Source: Macrostomum lignano (taxonomy: Eukaryota). From it: DNA of 64,000 nucleotides. The position numbers were made by a program, and so were the translations under genes. The stretch spans positions 124,001-188,000 of the forward strand of contig NIVC01001167.1 of NCBI GenBank assembly GCA_002269645.1, written 5' to 3'. Within the stretch, counting starts at the first letter, position 1. Every line of letters begins with the position of its first letter. Shown here piece after piece: positions 50,181-60,134 of this stretch. The notes beneath the pieces are model-generated. The model ran no database searches and had not been told where the DNA came from. It worked only from the letters and a program-made list of their open reading frames with translations.

Positions 50181-51656
50181 TTTTCTCTTTGGTTTTTCAA
50201 GCAGCCTGCTCAAAAACCCAGATGTTCGTAGCAATTAGTACTGATACGATCAAACTTGTTTGTAGTTAGCTTAGTCTACGCGTGGCGCGAGCTAAAGTGT
50301 ATGGACCGTTTTCTTTAAATGCATCGGGGTAAAAAGAACTGGCGGTAGCCATAGACATGTTTCATAGTCAATCGAGTCGATAAATTTCCTCCTGTGCCTC
50401 TGCTTCTCTCTGGCGGCAGGATGTCTTTGGTCTTCAAGTCTCCTGACTTAGTTCAGGTCCAATTCAAGTGGTGCTGACTGATTGTTCTTGACATGTCGGG
50501 CTGAGTTTCGTCTTGTTGCTTTTAACAGCAATGGCTGGTCGACTTGATGTCTCTGCTCACTGACTTTTGATTCTTTTCTCAGGGTCTGAGAGTCGAGAAG
50601 AGTCTGAGCAAACTCGGCATTCCTGCGACACCGATCTTCTGACCGTATGTGCAGTCAACAACTACAACAATGCAGGCTGACAAATTTATTAAATCATTCG
50701 AGCGTAAAAAACTGCGTCACATTGTGCCCCAACAGAAACGCCGAGTGCGCTCCAGCTGATGACGTAGCCAGCATTTTCTTCCGGAGGGGGGCGTCTTGTG
50801 TCGGAGCCACAACACCCTGCATGGTCAATGACATTGTCGCATAATCCCGAAAAGATTCGGAAAAAGGTTGGGGTAGCAGTCCCATTCCCAGGCAGTTTCC
50901 AGTCGCTAAACCAAATATTTGAGGGTCACGAAAACCCCGTGGAAAGATTTGCGCCACCCTTGCTGGGAGGAAAAAAGAATGTAATTTTTTTGAATAAACT
51001 ACATGTACCCTGGTAACTTTTGAACTTACAATAGTAACAAAAACAAAAAACTGTGCTTTTTAGTGAGACCAAAAAAATAATAAACTGAAGTACTGAAACA
51101 ATATTTAAACAAAGATGTATTTATTGAAATGAAATGACTAACTGTTTACAACCATCAGCTTTATTTGATAAACGTTAATACTTAATAGGATTTATGACTT
51201 TATAAACCATCAGACTGTCGTTTCAGCAGATGGTGTCATCTGCAAGCTCAGCCAGTTTAGCAAAGTGCCCTGCCAGGTGGAGTCGCCTTCGGCGTGACAG
51301 GTTGATTGGACTAGCCGGCCTGGCACGGTGATTCATTCATCGCGATCGCCGAGATCGCCATGCAGCTTAAGCCAAGAACACCGTCAAGAAATGCCGTTTT
51401 CGTCGGTAAGTAAAGCATGCAGTTTGCAGCACCGAGTTTAGCACCAGAACAAACACGAACAGCGAGAACGTATCTCTCTGGAGCACAACAGAATGTCTCG
51501 AGGCCGATTGAGGCCATCTGGAATTGACACAGAAGTTTTCTGGCCCGAGTACAACGGCATGATGGCGGAAATCAGCTGCTCTGGCACGTTGTTTACATGC
51601 AGGACACCCCATTTCAGTCGACGTCTAGTTGATTGTCATGAATGTGTTATTATGAC

Positions 51657-52445
51657 TGTGTGTACTTTGCTAGTTTGCTACGCCGGGCCAGTCGGCCGTC
51701 CTCTCCCCCCTCCTTAGATATTTTCTGACTCACCCACCTGCACTTCTGCGCGTGCGTACCCCCTCCCTGCCTAGGCCTTTTCCGTTTAGTCAACCCCCCC
51801 CCCCTTGCTCTGTGTGCGCCCCGTGTGACCCCGCCCCATTCTTTTGTTAGCTTTGCTGCCCCGCCCCTGTTTGTGATTGGCTGCCAGTCCCAGTCTGCCG
51901 TGCTGCGCCCCGGCGATTGGCTGGTACGGCTCATGTTTTTCCTATGCTGATGTCTAAGCCCCCTTTTCTGCCTTTATCCCGCACCCTCAACCCCCAGTTT
52001 GCTGCCTATTTATTCGGACCCCCTTGAGAGCCCATTCTCGTCGTCTTCGTGGCTCCCCGGGGATTGTGCCAGCGTTAATTGCGATACAAATACAATTAAA
52101 AGAATATCGATCAATACTACGAGTACCACTTCTCTGACGGCGCTGTGTCTTGTTGTACGACCGAAATCGCGGCTGGTAAGCCTTCCAATTTGCAAGTCAT
52201 TTTGGTCTGCCTCTGTACTAGGCACCTTAGGGGGATTAAGTGCGTTGTACGCCGGTCCCACCCCAAGCAGCTCTGCGTCGTACGCGAGTCTGTAGGCTGT
52301 CGTGCGTCGTACGCTCGAGCAGCCTAGTCCCGACGGACACCGCGTCGTACGCGTGTCGGTGGAGGACCGCAGCCAGGGTCAGTACGCGAACCCGGGTCTG
52401 GGAAAGGGGCACGAAAGGACCGAGCCCTTGAGCCCCATCACCGCA
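51657..52445. mobile_element. Possible solo LTR or GC-rich promoter-like insertion
   Basis: Starts with TG and ends with CA. Contains CCCCGCCCC boxes, two GATTGGCT (reverse CCAAT) motifs and an ATTAAA. Flanks TGAC/TGAT are only an imperfect 4-bp repeat, and the boundaries are uncertain. Confidence 0.25.
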
Positions 52446-52810
52446 TGATCTTCCTGGATTTCATTTTCGTTTGAAGTCAATCGCTTTGCTGATTTTTTTA
52501 ATGATGCTGCTGTTTTGGAGGCCTGATCCTGTGCTCAAGTTGGAGAATGAAAGCTGAAGAGACTCAAGAGTACACGAAGCGAGAGGTAAATAAATATTTC
52601 AATGGCAATGTTGTACTTGTAAGTTACTCCCAGAACGCACATACGAGCGTACACAACGCAATGCAAAGCCCTATAAAGTCTGATTTGCCTCGAGTCAATC
52701 TATTCTATCTATGGTTTTGACCACTTTCAACGAGTTAGGACTGCAATCCACAATGTAGCATAAGACGTACATAACAAAATGCTAAACAAGGTCAGATTTT
52801 TAGTGATTTA

Positions 52811-53476
52811 TAATATACTTTTTTGCGATTGAATTCGTCCAAACTGCAAAACCTTTCGTCCACAAATGCTTTCTTAATGGGAGCTAAATTTAGATTATAC
52901 CATAGACAACTGTGTTCACGCAAAACGGTTCATCCAGTTTGTAAAACATTTCGTCTAAACCCTACGTCCAAACAGCTAACAGCTAAACGGAGCGACTTTA
53001 TTTGATATCACGAGATATTGAACAAAGCAAAAACAGTGTCTCTTGTTAGAATGTTAGTTCAAAATGTCTTCGTGGTCCAAACAGCGGCCGTAGTAACCCA
53101 CCGTGTGATTGGTCCATTGCTGGCACTTCTCCTGTGTAATCACGTGCAGTGCAGCTTCGACCTCTCTCTTCAAAATGTGCATCCGCCAGGCCTCGGTTCA
53201 TCTTCGACTGTTTTGCCGGGTTCAGAATGGAAGATATGCGTTGCTGTAGCTGTAGTGGTAGCAAAAGCGAACTGTCAATTGGGTGTTAACTATAGTAGGA
53301 ACAGTACACTCGGTCGGTCTCTAGTCTAGGGGACGAAATGTTTTACAAACTGGATGAACCGTTTTGCGTGAACACAGTTGTCTATGGTATAATCTAAGTT
53401 TAGCTCCCATTAAGAAAGCATTTGTGGACGAAAGGTTTTGCAGTTTGGACGAATTCAATCGCAAAAAAGTATATTA
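52811..53476 (-). mobile_element. Non-autonomous Tc1/mariner (IS630-Tc1-mariner) deletion derivative with 145-bp TIRs
   Basis: 52811-52955 and 53332-53476 are inverted repeats with one mismatch seen, and both outer ends are TA. The internal minus strand encodes, across a frameshift, SSILNP... and REVEAALHVITQEKCQQWTNHTVGYYGRCLDHEDI*, which resembles the C-terminus of Tc1-like DDE transposases. Confidence 0.75.
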
Positions 53477-53824
53477 CTGTTTTTATAATATCGTGCAATT
53501 ACTTCGTGGATTGCAGCCAGATGGTATAATCTAAAAGTAAAAAAACTCAAAAAGCAACTTGAGGTCGTAAATTAACATTCGAAAAAAACAATTACTTACA
53601 AAAACTGATAAAAAAATATTTTTCCTCAGATCTGCTACTGACATCCGCCGCCGTAGTAGCCAAAGCTGCGCCTTTGTCGGCAATTAACTTAGGCTCACCA
53701 GCAGCTGTAGCAGGCGCTGAGTTCCCACCAGCTCGAGTGGATAAATGCCGACTCGCAATGTCTGCTCAAATTTGCAACTCAAAGTGGCCGCTCCAATCAG
53801 CGACTCTCATTGGCGACTCAGCAA

Positions 53825-55806
53825 ATGCAGCACCGCCAGCTACTCGCTGCCTGCCTCGCCGCAGCCACTGCAGCTCTGCTGCTCACCGGCGCCGCCTCTG
53901 CTCAGTGTCCCGGACACGGCTGGACACACCGAGCTCACTCATGCTACAAGTGGTTCAGCGAGCCGAACTACTGGTTTCAGGCCGAGCAGACGTGTCTGTC
54001 TCACCGGGCTCACCTCGCGTCCATCCAAAGTGAGCAAGAGAACCGACTGGTAGGCCGACTGTCTCACTGCAGAGACGCCTGGATCGGTTTGTTCGGCACC
54101 GACCTCGACCGTCTGGCCGACCCTACAAGCTACAGGTGGACGGACGGCGGCGTAGGCGGCGTAGGGGGTTTGAGAGACACAACTTCTCTCAGCTGGACAG
54201 CGTTCACAAGCCTCTGATCCGAAGTGACGGTGAGTGGTGGCTCAACTCGCTGTATCACGAGCGGCACCCGTTTGTGTGCAAGTTGAGCGCCAACTCCAGC
54301 AGTCTCGTCGACTGGTGGCGGCGGTCGAAGGGCCGATGTCCCAGCGGCTGGTGGCTGCACGACAAGCAGTGCTACGTGATGCCGCAGTTTGAGGCCAACT
54401 TCAACGAGGCCAACTTCTACTGCCAGCGAAACTCGTCGCAGCTGGCGTCGGTGCTCACCCAGTCTGAGCTGGACTTTGTGAACAAGCTCAGCTTCGGAAT
54501 CGACAGCTGCGAGTCGGCAGAGCTGCTCGACTCGGTGTGGCTCGGCCTCATCAAGCTGAACCCCTGCTTCCCTGACAGTGCGGGTCGCGAGCTCTGCTAC
54601 CAGTGGACGGATTTCTCAGGGAAACACGACAACAAGCTGCCCGCATGGGAGACTGGACACCCGGACAGTGCGGACTGGACTGTGAACTGCGTCACGCTGT
54701 CAGCTGGTCGACTGCGCAGCGACAGGTGCCACAGCAGGCACAGGTTCGTGTGCAAGACGGAGGCGTCGGACGGGACCTCCACACCTGACGGAGGCGTCAC
54801 CTCCACACTTGACGGAGGCGTCACCTCCACACTTGACGGAGGCGTCACCTCCACACCTGACGGAGGCGTCACCTCTGCACCTGACGGAGGCGTCACCTCT
54901 GCACCTGACGGAGGCGTCACCTCTGCACCTGACGGAGGCGTCACCTCCACACCTGACGGAGGCGTCACCTCCACACCTGACGGAGGCGTCACCTCCACAC
55001 CTGACGGAGGCGTCACCTCTGCACCTGACGGAGGCGTCACCTCTGCACCTGACGGAGGCGTCACCTCTGCACCTGACGGAGGCGTCACCTCTGCACCTGA
55101 CGGAGGCGTCACTCCACCTGTGGACGGCCTCGTGGCTGCGTTCGACTTCAGGAGGGGCCTCGACAACCTGGTGGACCCGCGCACCTTCGCCATCGAGGAC
55201 CAGTTCGGCGTGGAGAGGTCGGCAGAGGACGGGGCCTGCTTTAAGTGGAACTCAACTTATCCATTCAATCACAGCGAGTTCTACAATGTCGGAGCTCCCG
55301 TGGCATTCAATGAGTCGATCTGGAACGCAGCAGAGTGGACCATGTACTTCAGGCTGACTCGGAGCAACGGCAGCAATGCTGACTTTGTATCAGTCCTCAG
55401 TGATTATTCAAACCCATTTTCATATTTCAGCTTTTTTGCCTGGCTTTATTCTTTTAGCGCTGACATCTTCTATTTAACTAGTTTTCAAGGTATACATCCT
55501 GGAAATATTAGACACAGAAATGACCATGTTTATAGAGGATCGGGCTGTGCTGGCAGCTGGTGCGACATTCGGCTGGCAATGAAAAACAGCATTTTGGATT
55601 CTCCTTCCATAGGAGAGCCGCTGAGAGTTGAATATCGGAACTGGACTTGGGGGGCTCAGGAACTGGGACTGCAGCAACTTCGATTAGGCATTTTCAATCC
55701 CCATCATGCCACATCTCAGCGACTCTGCATGAGGTGTTTCGGGGTCGCTCGCAGGCAGCTGAGCACCGATGAGGTGCGGCAGGCGATGTCGGCCTTGTGC
55801 CCGTGA
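53825..55806 (+). CDS. Secreted protein: two C-type lectin domains, Thr/Ser-rich repeat stalk, ConA/LamG-like C-terminal domain (intronless; apparent 1-nt frameshift)
   Basis: Signal peptide followed by CTLD motifs (CP..GW...SCY, WFQAEQTC...AHLASI, AWIGL, RWTDG, FVCK) and a second CTLD (CPSGW, EANFYC...LASV, VWLGL, YQWTD, NCV, FVCK). The frame changes at G5 (54164-54168), and one extra G joins the two ORFs. Confidence 0.82.
54784..55119 (+). repeat. Coding 24-bp repeat, 14 x (P/L)DGGVTS(T/A)
   Basis: In frame between CTLD2 and the C-terminal domain. Confidence 0.92.
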
Positions 55807-56489
55807 GACCGCTTCAAATATTAAATATGTCTAGGTGTACTTTTTGAAGAGCTTATTACAATAAAAGTCAATTCAAATAGACAAAGAAATTGTTTAGTTG
55901 CTCTTGGCAATAAAATTCACCATTCGCTTAAGTATTGAAGGCATTTTTAGTGATTATTTAAGTGCGTGAAGTTACGCTCGTACAAAACCTTACTCTACTC
56001 TTTTTAACGCTTTTTAACTACTATCAGTAGCATCGAAAAGTTGGCATCACAAAAGATTCCGTCTGTTGTCGCCACATTTGAGAGTGCAGGTAAAGTCTCT
56101 CTCAATCTTTGCGAGTGACGCAACTCAGCTACTATACTTTCGCGGCAGACATGAGTTGAGGAATGAAGTGGGGGCAGCGGTGTGCGAGGGTTGGACGGAT
56201 TAAAGCTACCCCGATCAGTTTTCTAGTATCTATTGTTCCAGAATAGTCCCAGAAAAAATGCTCACTGGCGCATAGAGTGGCGACTTTTCAATGTTGCTGA
56301 TATACTTCTAGCCTTGTTGAAAGAATCAATATTCTCAGTAGGACTGTGGGAACTCCAACGAAACGCCTTCGGTAACGCAACAACCAGGGCTGAGGCAATT
56401 CTGCCCATTCCACTGGCTCTTGAGCACACACAAGCGCACTAATGAGTACAAAGGCACGCACTCATGCACACGCTCACCAGAGAATATTG

Positions 56490-57200
56490 GGCTGTCTTGG
56501 GCTGGCTGTCATGGCGGCTGTCTAGGGGTGGCTGTCTTGGGCTGGCTGTCATGGCGGCTGTCTGGGGGTGGCTGTCTTGGGCTGGCTGTCATGGCGGCTG
56601 TCTGGGGGTGGCTGTCTTGGGCTGGCTGTCATGGCGGCTGTCTAGGGGTGGCTGTCTTGGGCTGGCTGTCATAACGGCTGTCTAGGGGTGGCTGTCTTGG
56701 GCTGGCTGTCATGGCGGCTGTCTAGGGGTGGCTGTCTTGGGCTGGCTGTCATGGCGGCTGTCTAGGGGGTGGCTGTCTTGGGCTGGCTGTCATGGCGGCT
56801 GTGTAGGGGGCTGGCTGTCATGGCGGCTGTCTAGGGGCTGGCTGTCATGGCGGCTGTCTAGGGGTGGCTGTCTTGGCGGCTGTCTAGGGGTGGCTGTCTT
56901 GGGCTGGCTGTCATGGCGGCTGTCTAGGTGGTGGCTGTCTTGGGCTGGCTGTCATGGCGGCTGTGTAGGGGGGGGGGGCTGTCTTGGGCTGGCTGTCATG
57001 GCGGCTGTCTAGGAGGTGGCTGTCTTGGGCTGGCTGTCATGGCGGCTGTCTAGGAGGTGGCTGTCTTGGGCTGGCTGTCATGGCGGCTGTCTAGGAGGTG
57101 GCTGTCTTGGGCTGGCTGTCATGGCGGCTGTGTAGGGGGGGGCTGTCTTGGGCTGGCTGTCATGGCGGCTGTCAAGGGGGGGGGCTGTCTTGGGGGCCGT
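56490..57200. repeat. 40-bp minisatellite built from GGCTGTC subunits
   Basis: Unit GGCTGTCTTGGGCTGGCTGTCATGGCGGCTGTCTAGGGGT. Confidence 0.92.
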
Positions 57201-57813
57201 CTTGGTGGGGCTTTTGAATCCATGCACGACCCATCTTTTTGACCAACCCATCATTGATTGAACACATTGGCACAAAATGGATGTTAGCTTTTGAATTGGA
57301 CTCTAGAGAAACTATGCGGAGCCTAAAAATGAAAAGTTTAAGTTTGGTATTGCAATGTACAGTTATTTTTGCGAAGTTTGTTAATTTGTTTGCTTTTTAC
57401 TTCTATTATTGGTGGAGTTCTAGCCATAAGCTGACTGGAACGGTGGGTAGAGAATTCGCGTTCTGGCCACAGATATTATGAACCGACTGCGCTGGGGAGT
57501 TAAAGCTTCCCGACATCTCAAGGCATGAGTAAAAAGCATAGGTAGAGTAGTACATAATCGAGCTAACAAATTCAGATATGACATCGCACCGTAAGTGCAA
57601 GTTTAAATAGATAGGAGCCAAGTACCGTGCAAAGTGTAACATCGAAAGAGTCGAATAAAGATAAGCCAAGTACAGTCGAACTTCAACAAGCCGCTGAAAG
57701 ACTATATTTAGGCGGTGGAACGCCCGCACCTTCGAAAATCCTCTGAAACGCGTTGGATCAGCACTGGACTGCTCATATTTTTTTCAATTTTAACCGACCG
57801 GTCCTGACGAAGC

Positions 57814-58086
57814 ATGGGAGGCGCTTTCGGAGTGCAGAACAATACAAAAGAAGAGTGGACTGTGACAGGAAAGTATCACGATCGGACATTCGGTTATGCC
57901 AATGCGGTGCATATTCGCCCATATGGCTATGTATGGTTCGATTGCCGCGAGCTGGCCCTGGATGTTTATTTTAAACGCGGAAATGACACAGCAGAGGAAA
58001 CAAGAAGAAACCCCAGTATAAGATCGTGGTGCAATGGCATCACCAAAGGCACGCGTGGACGTTGGACAACCCACAGCCCGGCCTGA
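57814..58086 (+). CDS. Possible small protein of unknown function (MGGAFGVQNNT...)
   Basis: ATG ORF of 90 codons in a moderately GC-rich island. No recognised family. Confidence 0.3.
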   Translation: MGGAFGVQNNTKEEWTVTGKYHDRTFGYANAVHIRPYGYVWFDCRELALDVYFKRGNDTAEETRRNPSIRSWCNGITKGTRGRWTTHSPA

Positions 58087-58989
58087 TTACTTTAAAGTGG
58101 AGCAGGGACCCGGATTTTTGTTTGAATCACTTATTTCAAGTGGAAACCAAGAAGGCGACAAAACGTTGCTATTTGTCAAAGAAACACAAATCCTGCGGCT
58201 GGCAAAGGAGACATTTGAAGTATGCGCAATTGGTATGAAGGTTCCAATTGAAGTAATTTAGACTTGGTGTTTGATTAATTCTCTGTACATGTTTTTTATC
58301 ACGTGGTAAATCCGTATCCATAGCGAAAAACAGAGTTTAAGACTACTTTTCTTTTAAATAGAATTGAAAAAAAACAAAGCCATCGAGAAACATTCGGTTT
58401 ATTTCGAATATTTGTGGATACTGTATACTATAGTCTAATTTATATTTTCGTTCCTTTAACCTTTGTTGTTTCTCGCAAATACTTTTTAATCTACCTGAGA
58501 ATGCTGTGCGCTGAGCGAAACATGTCGTATATTGATATTTAACATATCGATATTTAAATGTAAGCCACTGCTTTTAGTATGTGACTGAATTGGACTCCTA
58601 TTTGGCTGACAACAATTACCTATCAAAATACATTTCTGACTTTGTGTTTCATCTGTTTAAACACTAATTAATTAAGAACTCTTAAATTCACAAAAATCTC
58701 GTATGCACTACTAGCAGTAGGCTGTTTGCATTTTTTACTCATTTTATTCAATGATAAATAATTGTTGCTATTGAAATCAAGATTCTACTGATATAATACT
58801 TAACAAAACAGTAGTCCTTGGATGACTTACTTTGGTTTGCTCTCAGAAGGAGAGTTATCAACCCAAAACAAATGTAACAGCGTACGATGGTTGCATGAGT
58901 AACCCTTCGTACTTCTACAGAATCAAAACTCCGTGGAAAAACTACTGAGCATTTAGTTATTAAAGCTGACTAGAACTGAAGGAACATGT

Positions 58990-59455
58990 TACGACATGAC
59001 TGGACAGAACAGAACAGGACAGGACATGACAGGACAGGACATGACAGGACATGACAGGACATGACAGGACATGGCAGGACATGACAGGACATGACAGGAC
59101 AGGACATGACAGGACATGACAGGACAGGACATGACAGGACATGACAGGACATGACAGGACATGGCAGGACATGACAGGACATGACAGGACAGGACATGAC
59201 AGGACATGACAGGACAGGACATGACAGGACATGACAGGACATGACAGGACATGACAGGACATGACAGGACATGACAGGACATGACAGGACAGGACAGGAC
59301 AGGACAAGATATGACAGGACAGGACAGGGCAGGACAGCACAGCATAGGACAGCACAGCATAGGACAGCATAGGAGAGCATAGGACAGCACAGCAAGGACA
59401 AGACAGCACAGCACAGCATAGGAGAGCACAGCACAGGACAGCTCAGGACAGCACA
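58990..59455. repeat. Pentamer-based microsatellite (GACAG/GACAT)
   Basis: Directly visible. Confidence 0.93.
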
Positions 59456-60134
59456 TTTCTTTGCCCGCCATTCATATTTTTCACGCCAAACTTTAAACCA
59501 TCCACTTCTCAGTAGTCAAGCTTTGCGCTGTGATTTAATGTATTGGCCCGTACTGTACCAGATTAGTCTTCATCCGACTCAGACCAGTCTTCATCCGACT
59601 TAGACCAGTCTTCATCCGACTCAGACAAGTCTTCTTCGCGCAACTCAGAGCAGCTCTCATTGGATTCAGACCTGTCTATTTTAGATTCAGGAAAAGCATG
59701 CAAAAGCAGCTTTTGGTAGGAGGCTGCGCCAGAGCATGTACATTCATGTGCAAGGTGGACCTGAGACAGGCCTACAGGATAGGTAGTGTGGCATTATTTG
59801 CTTTGCTTCCCTCGGATTTCCTTTCTTTCCAAGGACAACTTGGTATTGAGTAGTCCCTGTCTCTTTCTTGCGCTCAGAAAGTCTGTGGTATTGGTATATA
59901 CTCGTAGTTATCGGTGCAAGTATACCCAAGGGCACAAAAGTAAAAAATAATAATTTTTTTTCTATTTCATTGCGCTTGTGACATTCACCCATATAGCTAT
60001 ATGTTGAACACTGTGATGGCGGCAATCGGTCTATGGTCATAATTGTGCACTTCTGGTACGAGCCATCCTGATACGAGTATTCGTACTCTTTCTATAACTA
60101 GACGCGCGTATACAGAAACTTCACAAAGTAAAAA

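Noticed and set aside
50290-50640. About 115-codon minus-strand frame with one internal stop upstream of ENaC-B
   Set aside because: No start, splice context or recognisable motif. Could be a decayed element but cannot be supported.
51420-51530. RPIEAIWN peptide resembling the Tc1 NPIE.W motif
   Set aside because: Isolated match with no other transposase motif in frame.
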